64,000 nt of DNA from Felis catus (taxonomy: Eukaryota), in NCBI RefSeq assembly GCF_018350175.1, contig NC_058383.1, positions 10,852,001-10,916,000 on the forward strand, written 5' to 3'. How positions within the stretch are numbered: position 1 is the first letter of the stretch; the number at the start of each line of letters is the position of its first letter. The notes beneath the pieces are model-generated. The model was given only the letters and a program-made list of their open reading frames with translations, made no database searches and was not told where the DNA came from. A program made the position numbers and the translations under genes. Shown piece by piece: positions 25,501-38,432 of the stretch.

Positions 25501-27619
25501 TGACCTGAGCCGGTCAGGCGCTTAACGGACTGAGCCACCCAGGTGCCTCCAAAATAAACAGATTTTAGAAAAGAATGTTTAGGGGCACCTGGGTGGCTCA
25601 GTCCGTTAAGCGTCTCTTGATTTCGGCTCAGGTCATGATCTCGCGGTTTGTGGGTATCGAGCCCTGAGTCACATTATCAGTGCAAAGCCTGCTTGAGATT
25701 CTCTCTCTCTACCCCTCCCCCACCCCCCCCAAAATAAACAAACAAACTTAAAACAAGTGTTTGAAACGAAACAAAAAGCTAAGATTCAAGCCACCAAGAC
25801 CACCTCAGGGGGGATCCTGCGCTCAACTGCCCTTCCCAGTATGGATGGAAAAGCAGCAGGCAACTTCAGGCTCGGGGAAGCTTCATTCCGTTACCCCACC
25901 TTTTTTTAAAGTTTATTATTATTATTGATTTAAGTAATCTCTACACCCGAAGGAGGGGGGGGCTCGAACTCATGACCCCAAGATCAAGGGTCGCATGCTC
26001 CTCTGACTGAACCAGCCAGGTGCCCCCTGTTTAAAGAACAGGTGCCCCTTGTTTAAAGAACACAAGTACAGGGCAGGGTGCCTGGGTGGCCCAGTGAGTT
26101 AAGCGGCTGACTCTTGATTTCGGCTCAGGTCATGGTTTCACCGTTCGTGGGTTCAAGCCCCGCATCGGGCTCTGCACTGGCAGTGCGGAGCCTGCTGCTT
26201 AAGATTCTCTCTCTTTCTCTCCCTGCCCCTCCCTGCTCACTCTATCTCTCTCTCAAAAATTAACAAATAAAGGGGCGACTGGGTGGCTCCCTCGGTTAAG
26301 CATCCGACTTCAGCTCAGGTCATGATCTTGCATTTCATGAGTTCGAGCCCCACATCGGGCTCTGTGCTGACAGCTCAGAGACTGGAACCTGCTTCGGATT
26401 CTGTGTCTCCCCCTCTCTCTGCCCCTCGCCTGCTTGTGCTCTCCTTCTGTCTCTCAAAAAATGAATAAATGTTAAAAAAATTTTTTTTTAAATAAACATT
26501 AAAAAAACACACACAGGTACATTGGAAAAGGAAGAAATGGGTACCAGCTAGTTAGGGCTGGCTCAGACCAGACACTGCTCTCAGCCCACAGGAAAGGAAC
26601 ATCATCAGGAGGCCACAGCTGGAGGGACCAGAGGCACACACTCATACACACACATACACAGTCACACTCACACACACTCGCACGTACACGGTCACGCACA
26701 CAGGCACACGCTCACCCACACTTGAAAACTTGTTAGAGGAGGTGTCGCAACCCCCAACTGCAGTGCAGAGCCCCACTTGAGGATATTGAGAAATTGGCTT
26801 CTGAAAAAGAAAATGCAGCATCGAGGAGCTGACCTGAGCCACAGCTCTGAGTATGCTCCACCCCTGCTAATGCTCACCCCTTCCAGCCTCTGCTGCCCCA
26901 GGAGGAAATCCACGGGCCTCACCCTGGCACCCGAGGCCCGGCCACCAGCTCCTTCTGTATCTCCCGCTGTGTCTTGAGCTCCAGCCAAACCAATGTCCTC
27001 ACTGTTCTCAGAACATTCTAGAGCCTCTTGTACCCCCACATCTCTGCCCAGGCCTTCTGCCTGGCTGGCCCTTCCCCTTTCCTTTGCTTGACAAGGGGCC
27101 GCCCCGCTTTATGATCCAACAGAAAGGTCCTCCCAAGGCCAGCCCAGCCCAGCAGGTGCTCTCAACGCCACGTGCCGTTGTCCCCTGAAAAAGATATTGA
27201 AGGCCTGGCCTAAAACAGAAGCTCCTAATATCTCCTAAATATCCTCCAGCTAAAAGAATGTTCTTTTGTTCTCTGCAGGCTTGAAGATGTCACGCTATGA
27301 AGTCTCTGAGATACAGGACTTCCTTGCTCAGGAAATCGGCCATCCTTCTTCAAGCCTGCTTTTTTTTCCCTTTAACCCACCCTACCATGCTGTACTATTT
27401 ATTTATTTTTTAAGTGTACTTATCTATTTTGAGAGGGAGCACGCGAACGAGAGAGGGGCAGAGAGAGACGGGGGGAGAGAATCCCAAGCAGGCCCCGCAG
27501 TGTCAGGCTGGGGCCCAACACAGGGCTCAATCTCACGAATCCTGAGATCATGACCTGAGCCAAAATCAGGAGTTGGATACTTAACAGACTGAGCCACCCA
27601 GGCGCCAACCCCCGCAGGA

Positions 27620-28830
27620 CTTGTTTACTTTATAACTGGTGTAACTTCACCCATTTCACCCACCGCCCACCTGTGACAACCGCCTATCTGTTCTCTGTAT
27701 CCAGGATTTTAGTTCTTTTTTTTTTTTTTTAATGTTTATTTTTGAGAGACAGAGACAACGTGTGAGCTGTGGTGGGGCACAGAGAGAGAGAGAGAGACAC
27801 AGAATCCGGGGCAGGCTCCAGGTTCTGAGCTGTCAGCACAGAGCCCGACGCGGGGCTCGAACCCACAAACCATGAGATCATGACCTGAGCTAAAGTCGGT
27901 TGCTTACCCGACTGAGCCACCCAGACACCCCTAGGACTTTGGTTCTTGAGAGTTTGGGGAGTTTTGTTGTTGTTGTTTTAGATTGTGCATATAAATGAGA
28001 TCAGACGGTATTTTTCTCTCTCTGATTTATCTCACTTAGCCCAATGCCCTCAAGGTCCATCCATGTTGTCACAAATGCCAGGATTTCCTCCTTTTTTACT
28101 GCTGATTAACATCTCATTGTATATACACACCACATTCTCTTTCTTTCTCTCTTCCTTCCTTTCTTTCTTTCTTTTTAGTAATCTCTACACCCAATGTGGG
28201 ACTCCAACTCACAACCCCGAGATCAAGAGTCGCGTGCTTCACCCACTGATCCACCCACCCATCGATGGACACTTAGGTTGCTTCCATGTCTCGGCTACTG
28301 TGAATAATGCTGCAGTGAACACGGGCTGTCCGCATCTTTTCAAGTCAGTGTTCTTATTTCCTTCAGAGAAACGCCCAGAAGTGGGACTGCCGGATCATAT
28401 GGTAGATCTATTTTTAATTTTTTGAAGGACTTCCACACTGTTTTCCACAGTGGCTGCACCAATTTGCATTCCCACCGACGGTGCACGAGGGGTCCGTTTT
28501 CTCCACACCCCCGCCAACGCTGGCTGCCTTTGGTCTTTTTGATACAAGCCATCCTAACAGGCAGGCGGTGAGATCTCACTGTGGTTTTGATTTGCATTTC
28601 CCTGATGGTGAGCGACGCTGAGCACTTTTTTGCGTACCTGTTGGCCACCTGCATATCTTCTTTGGAAAAATGTCTATTCAGATCCTGTGCCCACTTTTTT
28701 AATTGGATTTTTTTTTTTTTTTTTTGGCTACTGAGTTGTAAGAGTTCTTTATATATTTTGGATATTAACTCCTCATCAGATATACGATTTGCAAATATAT
28801 TCTCCCATTCAGTAGGTTGCCTCTTGGTTT
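27620..28830 (-). mobile_element. L1 3' fragment (ORF2 end and 3' UTR) with SINE insertions
   Basis: Minus-strand translation ...KKCSASLTIREMQIKTTVRSHRLPVRMA...GCGENGPLVHRRWECKLVQPLWKTVW...LPYDPAVPLLG is the L1 ORF2 C-terminus. Confidence 0.92.
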
Positions 28831-29604
28831 TTTTTTTTGGTCTCTGATGCTTTGTCCTTCCCTACAAGCTCTCCCTGCTCTACCCTCCTGTGTGGTCCTG
28901 TAGTTGGCCAGCTCTGTGGCTGTAGTCTGCTTCTGTCTCCTTTGCTTCTGGGACTTTCTTTTTCTCTTTTACTCGTGCCCCATCTCCTAACAAGAGATGC
29001 TCCTAGGGCATCTTGACAAATATATATTTTTTATTTTATTACTTTTCGAATGTTTATTCATTTTTGAGAGGGGAGGGAGAGGGGGACGGAGAACCCGAAG
29101 CGGGCTCCGTGCTGAGAGCAGTGAGGCCGATGCAGGGTTCGAACTCGCAAACCGCAAGATCATGACCTGAGCCGAAGTCAGACAATCAACCGCCTGAGCC
29201 ATCCAGGCACCCCAAATATATGTTTTTGTTTTTTTTTTAAAGAGAGAGAGGCCCCTGGGTGGCTCAGTCGGTTGAGCTTCTGACTCTTGATTTGGACTCA
29301 GGTCATGATCCCAGGGTTGTGGGATTGAGCCCTGCCTCAGGCTCCACACTGAGAATGGAACCTGTTCACAGATTCTCTTTCCCTCTGGGGCACCTGGGTG
29401 GCTCAGTGGGTTAAGCGTCCAACTTTGGCTCAGGTCATAATCTCACAGTTTGTGAGTTCGAGCCCCACATCAGTCTCTGCGCTGACAGTGCAGAGCGTGC
29501 TTGGGATTCTCTCTCTCTCCCTCTCTCTGCTTCTCTCTGCCTCCCCCCACCAAAAATCAGTAAATAAAAAGATTCTGACTGCGCACTCTCTCTCTCTCTC
29601 TCAA

Positions 29605-29658
29605 ATAATAAAATAAAATAAAATAAAATAAAATAAAATAAAATAAAATAAAATAAAA
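29605..29658 (+). repeat. (AAAAT)n microsatellite derived from a SINE tail
   Basis: Read directly from the sequence. Confidence 0.95.
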
Positions 29659-30689
29659 TGGAGAAAGAGAGATGTTCCCAGTGCTCTGGGTGAGCTCCCA
29701 CTTGTCACACCCATTACCTGAGGGGTTTCTCCTCTCCGGGACCTTGGGTGTCCTCAGGGTGTCCTCAGGGCCTCAGCACCTTGGTTCCCTGGATCCAAAG
29801 GAAGAGAACGGTTGGAAGAAAATCTGCAAACAGGGAAGGGACTGCAGTGGTTGGGGAGTGTTACCTGGTGTGACTTTGGTACGTTTGTGAGACACGGCCT
29901 CCTGGGTTGGCTGTCAGGGGCGGGAGGTAGAAGTGACCATGGTGTCTTCCCAAAAGGCCGCGAGCCCACAGGAGAGACAATTCGTTGGCTCATCTGGCCA
30001 CGAAACAAGCATCAGCCACGTGCTTTGCCAAGACCCGGAGCCTCCTGCCTGGGATGGACAAGAAGCAGGTGAAACAGCAGACTCCCAACCACAAATGCAG
30101 CCCAGAGCCGGGAAGGAACGTGAACGGGGTGTAGGGACCAAGGCTGGGGTCCGCCAGGCCAAGAGCACGAGGAAGACAGATCCCCCTGGAAAGAGGAAGC
30201 ACAGAATGGTCCCTGAGATTGGGCGGGGGGGTGGGGTGCGGTGCAGGTGAAAGGCCTGCCTTCTTCGAAGGTGGTGAGCACTGGGTGAAGGGGAGAGGGC
30301 CGTGAGGCTAGAGAGGTGAGCAGAGGCGAGACTTCACCGGAAGGCCTGGAGGACACAGCCAGAGTCCATCTGGTCAGGGGAGCAACAGATTTCAATTTAT
30401 GTTTGGTTTTGTTTTAATTTTTTCATTTAACTTTTATTTATTTATTTATTTATTTTATTATTATTATTTTTTTTAATGTTTATTTATTTGAGAGAGAGCA
30501 GGGCAGGGTCAGAGAGAGAGAGAGAGGGAGAGAAAGAGAGAATCCCAAGCAGGCTCTGCCCTCAAAGCACGGACCCGACTTGGGGCTCGAACCCAGCATC
30601 GTGCCTTCACGACGGGAGCTGAAATCAAGAGTCGGGTGCTTCACCGACTCAGCCACCCAGGCGCCGACCCAAAGCACATTTCTTGCAGA

Positions 30690-31370
30690 GCTTCCTGGGA
30701 TATCCTGAACTGATTTAAAGGGAACAAAAGAATAAGAACAAACAGCCACTGTCAGGCCAGGAGATAACCTCATCATATCAGGGGCAACAAATCAGTGACA
30801 AAACTCCCAGGGCTGATTCAACATCAAGATCGACCTGACACACATTCCTGAGTTATCTTTACAGGATCAAAACTCTGGCTCGGGGCGCCTGAGGGGCTCA
30901 AGTCAGTTAAGTGTCCGACTCTTGATTTCAGCTCGGGTCACGCACGATCTCACGGTTTGTGGGATCGAGCCCCGCATCAGGCTCCGCGCTGACGCAGAAC
31001 TCTCAAAGTAAATAAATAAACATTAAAAAAAATAATAAGTAATAAAAATAAATAAAACTCAAGCGTGGTCACAGAATTGGCAAGGCCGACCCTTGCTGGC
31101 CCTCGTGCCTTCGACCCTGGACAGACAGATCACCTTAAGACGACCTGCCCTATTGCCCAGCTGAATCCCCCGCTGCACAAGCCCCTTCACGAATCTATAT
31201 GCATCCCTGACTTAAACCTTCCCAGTTCTGTGGTTTGAGGAGACACCACTTTGGGAGACGGTCCCAGGGTCCTCATTTACTCGGCGCAAGTAATGCCCTT
31301 CCTTTCTTTGGCTTCGTTGTGTCTTTTGGCTTCGGTGCCCACCATGAGGCAGACCCAGTCATGGGTAACA
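30690..31370 (+). mobile_element. Probable ERV solo LTR interrupted by a SINE
   Basis: LTR-like composition, ending ...cccagtcatgggtaaca directly before L1 sequence resumes. Family not identified. Confidence 0.5.
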
Positions 31371-31782
31371 CTAGGACGGCAGTTGTAAAGAATAAAACAG
31401 AAAATAACAAGTGTTGGTGGGCATGTGTGAGAACTAGAACTTTCATGCATTGCTGGCAGGAATGTAAAATGGTGCAGCCACGAGGGGAAACAAGTTCTCA
31501 GAAGGCTAACCATAGAATCATCACATGAGGGGCGCCTGGGTGGCTCGGTCGGTTAAGCGTCTGACTTCGGCTCAGGTCACGATCTCACGGTTCGTGGGTT
31601 CGAGCCCCGCGTCGGACTCCGTGCTGATGGCGCAGAGCCCACTGGGGTCCTCCGTCCCACCCTCTCTGCCCCTCTCTTGCTCGTGCTTTCTCTCAAAAAT
31701 AAACAAACATTTAAAAATAAATAAATAAACAAACTTAGGGGAAAAAAAGTTAAAAAAAATTATCATATGACCCGGTGGGATA

Positions 31783-32422
31783 GTGTTATATAATCAAATA
31801 TATATATTTCGGCCTTCACCTGCATTCCTGGTACCAACACCTAAAACCCTGGGAACTTTCTGGTAACACTGGAGTTTAGTTAATGAGATGGCTTTTGGAA
31901 AGCCCCTAAGGATGGCCACATCCGACTCCCAGGGAAGGGAGGGGGCTAGAGACTGAATTAATTATCAGTGAAAGCCTTCCTAAACACTGGGGCACATGAG
32001 TGGCTCAGTTGGTTGAGCGGCAGACTCTTGATTTCAACTCAGGTCATGATCTCGGTTTGTGAGATCGAGCCCCACATCTGGCTCCACGCTGACAGTGCAC
32101 ACAGCATGCTTCTGATTCTCTGTCTCCCTTTCTCTCTGCCTCTCCCCCCCACCCCCAACACACTCGCTCTCTCTCAAAATAAATGAATAAACTTAAAAAT
32201 ATGGGGGGCCCAGGTGGCTCAGTCAGTTAAGCATCCGACTTCGGCTCAGGTCATGATCTTGCGGTTTGTGAGTTCGAGCCCCATGTCGGCCTCTGTGCTG
32301 ATGGCTCGGAGCCTGGAGCCTTGCTTCGGATTCTGTGTCTCCTTCTCTCTCTGCCCCTCCGCCACTCATGCTCTGTCTCTCTCTCTCCCAAAAATAAATA
32401 AAAACATTTATAAATAAATAGG

Positions 32423-32461
<39 letters not shown>

Positions 32462-32950
32462 AATCCCGACAGTACGCATTCACAGCCCTTCCAGTTGGTG
32501 GACAAGAATGCATCCACATGGGTGGGTGACCTTCCCCAAACTCCACGGGGACAGAAGCTCCTGTGCCTGGACCCTTCTGGACCTCACCCTATGTATCTCT
32601 TCACTTGGCTGTTCATTTATGTCCTTAAATATCCTTTGTAATAAATCCAGAAATTTAATAAGTAAACTGTTTTCCCGAGTTCTGTGACCCACTCTGGCAA
32701 ATGCCCGAACTCGAGGAGGGGGTCACGGAAACCTCCGATTTATAGCTGGCCCATCAGAAGCGCAGGTGTCTGAACTGGGGGTGGTCCTATAGGACCGAGC
32801 CCTCAGCCTGTGGGATCTGATGTTAACTGCGAGTCAAGAGTGTCAGCATTGAGTTAAATTGTAGGACATCCTGCCGGCATCTGAGAATTGTTTGGTTTTG
32901 GAAAACCCCCTCACATCTGATGACCGGAAGTGTAGCGTGTTGTAGTCGAG
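31783..32950 (+). mobile_element. MER21-like LTR nested in an L1, interrupted by SINEs and (GATA)n
   Basis: ccccaaactccacggggacagaagctcctgtgc, ggacctcaccctatgtatctcttc and gagttctgtgacccactctggcaaat resemble MER21-family LTRs. Confidence 0.7.
32423..32460 (+). repeat. (GATA)n tetranucleotide microsatellite
   Basis: Read directly; lies at the end of a SINE tail. Confidence 0.95.
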
Positions 32951-32984
32951 AACAGGGTTGTTCTTCTTACTCAGCAGTACCCAC

Positions 32985-33844
32985 TCTGGGGAGCCGAAAG
33001 GCAGAAACAACCCAAGTGCCCACCAACAGATGAATTGATAAGCCAGATATGGCCTCTACAGGGACACAATGGAACATTATTCACCCATAAAAAGGGATGA
33101 GGCTCTGATACATGCTTCCACAGGGATGCTCTTTGAAAACACTATGCCGAGGGGTGCCGAGATGGCTCAGTTGAAAGAGCCTGCGACTCTTGATCTCAGG
33201 GTGGTGAGTTCAAGCCCCACGTTGGATGTAGAGATTACTTAAATAAATAAAAACTTAAAAAAAAAAAGTATGCTGAGTGAAAGCAGTCAGACACAAAAGG
33301 ACAGATTGGGTGTGGTTCCACTTGAATGAGGTATTGAGAACAGGAAAATTCATAGAGACAGTAAGTACATTAGAGGTGACCAGGGGCTGGGAGGGGAGGG
33401 AAAAGAGGGGAGAATTATTGTTTCAAGCAATTTTTTAACACTTATTTATTTTTGAGAGAGAGAGACAGAGAGGGAGAGAGAGAGAGAGGGAGAAAGAGAA
33501 TGAATCGGGGAGGGGCAGAGAGAGAGGGAGACACAGAATCCAAAGCAGGCTCTAGGCTCCGAGCTGTCAGCACAGAGCCGGATGCGGGGCTCGAACTTGT
33601 GAACTGCGAGATCATGACCTGAGCCGAAGTCGGACGCCCAACCGACTGAGCCACCCAGGCGCCCCAAGGGGAGAATTATTGTTTAATGGGTACAGAGTTT
33701 CTGTTTGGAATGATGAAAAAGCTCTGGAAATAGGGGCGATGGTTGCATCACATTGTGAATGTATTTCATGCCACTGAGTTGTACTCCTAAATGGTAAATG
33801 TTATGTTACATATATTTTTACCACGATTAAAAAAAAAAAAAAAA
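32985..33844 (+). mobile_element. L1MB-type 3' end with poly(A) tail and SINE insertions
   Basis: aaacaacccaagtgcccaccaacagatgaattgata ... ggttgcatcacattgtgaatgta ... tatatttttaccacgatt followed by A16. Confidence 0.85.
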
Positions 33845-34797
33845 CTTTTTTTTTTTTTTTTTTTTTAAGCATCCTGACTGCTGTGTGGAGGTGAATGGTG
33901 GCTCCCCTGGTCATCAAAATCAAATTCCCTCCTTCCATTTTCCCCCGCCATGGGAACATGCTGGGAAAAACGGGTAGTATTAACAACACCCTGGGTCTGC
34001 CCTTCAAAGACTCCCACCTTTGTCTTGTCCTCAGCCCACCAGGAGATCTGAAGCCCCGGGCACCTAGGTGGGCATCTGAAAGATGCAAGCTTGCCTTGAT
34101 CAACCCAACCCAGCTGGTCCAGGGAAAGCAAGTCCCCCAGAACACTTCACTGCTCTTGAAGCTCACGGCCACCATTCTGGGGTCACCGGACAAGGCATGG
34201 CCGCGTGGAGGGCTTTCAGTTGAGGACGGCAGCACCACGACAGCCAACGCCCCTGGGAGGGAGCCCTCCCAGATCCCCGAGCAGCCATTGGGTACCAGGA
34301 AGAGGAAGAGGGCAGGTGCAGGGCCCGGCTGGGACTGAGTAGCTCTCCCTTGGAAGGAGGGAAGTGGAAATTCCATATTCCTGGATCCTGGGGATCCGTT
34401 TTCATGTCTATATCCTCCGCATGCCATCAGCCAGCCAGCTGCTTAAGGGCTCCTCTCTGTGTGGGTGCTTGGGACAAATGTGATGAGTGAGTGAGTGCTG
34501 GAGGCCACAGATGCCAGCGAGGGAGCCCAGGGAGGCCCAGCCGCTGCCCAGGGTGACCCACAGGAAGTTGGTGGCTGAGCCAGGGATTGGCACCGGGTAC
34601 CTCTCCCAGCCCTGCCCTCTCCCCTGGGGCCTCAGTCTCTGGCCCTCGGGGGTGGGAGGGAAGGAACAGCTGTGGAGTCACACACCGGCTCTCTCTCTCC
34701 ATGGGGAGTTTTTTCTTTCCTGCCGTCTTCTCTCCTCCCTCTCTTCCCTTTCTGGAACATCTGATTAGAGAACTTTGAAAGCTGAGCCGTCTTAGGA

Positions 34798-34930
34798 TCA
34801 GGTTGCCAGGTTTAGCAAATAAAAATACAGGATGTTCAGTTAAATGGAAATTTTAGATAAGCGACAAAGAATTCTTTAGTGTAAATCTGTTCCGTGTGAT
34901 ATCTGGGTCATAACCCAGTTCGGGAAAATG
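34798..34930 (+). mobile_element. MER53-like hAT DNA transposon fragment
   Basis: aggttgccaggtttagcaaataaaaatacaggatgttcagttaaat matches the MER53 start as recalled. Confidence 0.7.
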
Positions 34931-35904
34931 GCGCCTTCCCCTCCATGGGCTCCCCCTGCACGTGGCCGGGCCGCCCGGCTGAGCCGCTGTTCCTCCCATG
35001 GCACACCTTGGACCAAACCCGGAGGCTCTCTGCTAGGTCCCAGCCTGTCTGAGCTTCCGAGAGCAGGAGCAAGCCAGACACCTGCTGCAAGATGTTGCAA
35101 AAGAAATGGGGAAGCTGTTCAGACAGGGGAGAGAACAGGAAACCCCTGGGGCCACAAGAGAGGAAATCAGTGCGGTGGGAGGGACAGGGACGGGGGAGGG
35201 AGGCGGGTCCACAACAGCAGCCCTGTCGCCCCCACCTCCAACCCCTTGGCTGCACGGGGGCCCAGCACAGAATAGGAGCCATGAAGGCTCCAAGAAGCAA
35301 AGAGCCACTGACTAAGAAGACATGTCACGTCCACAGTCAGCTGCACGACACTGTGATTTGGTCTAGACGCCCGGTTCCTCTGTGCCTCAGCCCTGCTCAG
35401 GTGCCTGTACGGTGGGATCCAGCTACAAGCCCAGGTCCTCGGAGCGGGGAAGGTGACTGAGGCCTGTTCCTGAAAAGACGGACCCGTCTCTGGGGAGCCC
35501 GGGACCAGCGCCCTGTGCCAGAGCCGTGCTAGGTCCCAGGCCAGGGCCCTGCCTTGCATCCCTTGGCCCCGGACCCCAGACCCCAGCTTCCCTGTCTGTT
35601 TCCCTTCTCTGCCGGGCTGCACCTGTGCCTCCGGGCCTCCTGGTGGGGTCCCGATGATCTCCTGAGTATCTGGCCCTCCACACCAAGGCCTGTGCAACAA
35701 ATCTGAAGCTTGTAGTGTTGGCTCAAACTGCAGAACTATACCGAATATTCCATTTGCTCAGACTGTCCACTCCTAGCTCCCTGCATTATGGGAGGCACCA
35801 GTCCAGTCACTGAGGACCGGCTTTGCCTTGAGCTTGAGCTTGAGCTGGTCAAGTGATAACCAGTAATTCCAGAATGCTATTGTACACTTTCTCTTTCTTT
35901 CTCT

Positions 35905-36037
35905 CTCGTACATACTATATAATTATGTATTATATATACATTATATGCGTGTGTAAATATTATGTATGTGTGTGGGTATACTCTATAATTATGTATTATA
36001 TATATTATATATGTGTGTATATTACATATGTATGTAT

Positions 36038-36094
<57 letters not shown>

Positions 36095-36095
36095 C
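35905..36095 (+). repeat. AT-rich low complexity ending in (TG)n(TA)n
   Basis: Read directly from the sequence. Confidence 0.9.
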
Positions 36096-38394
36096 ATGTA
36101 TTTTAGTATATGTGACTCTTCCTTTTTTTAAAAAGTATTTATTTAAGTAATCTCTACACCCAATGTGGGGCTTGAACTCACAACCCTGAGATCAAGAGTC
36201 ACATGCTCTTCTGACTGAGCCAGCCAGCACATCGACTCTTCTTCTCTTTTTATAAGCTTTGTGGACATTATTATAGTGTGTCACAAAATTAATAAATGTT
36301 TGGTATAATGATGTAAACAGAGTAAAAATAAAAACTTCATCAGCTGTCCTCTGCCTCCAGTCTTACCCCTTGCAGTGAACTGTCAATGTTTGTTTGTTTG
36401 TTTTTAGTTTATTTTTATTTTTTATTTATTTTTGAGAGAGAGTGCACGAGCAAGGGAGGGGAAGAGAGAGAGGGAGACAGAGGATCCGAAGCAGGCTCCA
36501 CACTGACAGCAGCTCGATGCGGGGCTCAAACTCCCGAATCGAGAGATCACGACCCGAGCCGAAGCTGGTCACTCAATCAACTGAGCCACCCGGGTGCCCC
36601 TAACGGTCAATGTTAACAGTGAGCTATGTGTCCTCCTACATCATCATGCTCATGTAAGTAATCACACACATACACATACACACGACTTTTCTCCCTTTTT
36701 TCTTTTAGATGAAAACGGTAACCGGGATGACATTCAAAACCTAAACAGTGGCTTCACTGAGAAATATGTTGCCTCTTTCTCGGGTGACAACAAGCTTGGG
36801 GTCACATAGTGCACGGTGCCATGGCCGTGAAGCCGCATGCTCCATGCCTTTATGCTTCCCCATCCTGAGAGTGTGACTTGGGTCCCCACAGCCACAAGAC
36901 GGCTCTGCCCTCCGGGCACCAAGTCCGTTCCACGCAGGAGGAAGAAGACAGGCACAAGGGGACAGGCACGTACCGGCTGACTCTGGTTATACGTGTAGTA
37001 CATGCTACTAGAAAACCAGTAACTTTCCTGTGGATTTCTGCTTACATCTCATTAGCCAGGAACATGTCACGTGGTTGTGCCTGGCTGCTGCGAGGGAAGC
37101 TGAGAAACCGAGATTTTAGTGTTTTGGTGTTTTTGGTTTTGTTTTTTGAGAGACTGCAAGCAGTGGAGGTCGTTAGAGACGGAGGGACAGAGGGTCTGAA
37201 GCGCTGACAGCAGCGAGCCCGACGTGGGGCTTGAACTCATGAACCACGAGATCGTGACCTGAGCCAAAGTCTGACGCTCAGTCAACTGAGCCACCAGGTG
37301 CCCCGAGATTTTAGTTTGGGAGCTGGAAACATGATCTGTGAATAAGGAGGAAGTGGAGGAGAGATGTTGAGGAGTTACATCCAGCAATGGCTCCCACAGA
37401 TACCATACACGTGATTCTACAACCGTTTTGCTCCCCGCTTGACAAGCCGTGGATCTTTCCAGATTGACACTACGGACCTGTCAAAACCTGCGCAACGGTC
37501 CCACAGAATGGTATCACCCTCATTTCTAATTATGCCCAGTATTTTTCTGAGGCAAAGGCAGTGGCAATAAACATCCTCTAGATACATCCCTCGTGGCTTC
37601 TGTGTCTGAAGTTAAGATTTCCCCTAAGTGGCTTACTGAGTGGAAGAGCTGGCGTGTCTCTTGCTCTCCATTTTGCTGTGAAACAAGAGCCCTGAAACTT
37701 AATAGCTTAGCAACCTTACTGGAGCGGGGGCACCCGGCTGGCTCAGTTGGTACGATATACAGTTCTTGACCTCGGGGTCGTGAGTTCCACGCCCGTGCTA
37801 GGTGTAGAGGTATTTTTTTGCTTGTTTGTTTTTAATAGATTTTTTTTTTAAATAAATTAAGGAAAAACAAACTTACTGTCTAGTATTGGTTCTGAGGGTC
37901 AGGAATCCAGGAGCAGCTGGAGGAGTGCTTCTGGCTGTGAGCGTCCCAGGAGCTTGCACTCCAGCCATGGTTGGGTAGCAGTCACCTCCTGGAATCGGGG
38001 CAGGAGAATCTGTTCCCAAGCTCGCTCACGTGGCTGTTGGCCAATGGCTTCACTTTCCCAGCATCTGGGCCTTTCCACGGGGCTGCTCACATATAGCAGC
38101 ATGATTCCCCCTGGAAAGAATGATTTAAGAGAGAAAGTGAGCACCCGAGACAGAACCACTGTCTTTTTCATGACCTAATGTCATCACTTCAGCCTTATGC
38201 TACTGATTACACGCAACAGCCCTTGTATAATTCAGGGGAGGACTACACAAGAGTGTGAACCTTGGGGGTGGGGATGCTGGCGGCCATGTTCCCTCAGTGG
38301 CTGGCTAAATATACGGGGGCACATATTCTTTTATATTGCCTTTTCCTTTTTCCTATTATTATTATTATTATTATTTTAAGTTTATGTATTTACT

Positions 38395-38432
<38 letters not shown>

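Noticed and set aside
26018..26062. Short tandem direct repeat caggtgcccc(c/t)tgtttaaagaa x2
   Set aside because: Only two units at a SINE edge; a local duplication, not a CRISPR-like or functional array.
28340..28654. ORF with an L1 ORF2 C-terminal signature as a possible gene
   Set aside because: A truncated, degenerate L1 fragment.
33801..34427. 208-aa (-) and 147-aa (+, with a RKRKR motif) ORFs
   Set aside because: The minus ORF runs into homopolymers and an L1 tail; neither has promoter, splice or homology support.
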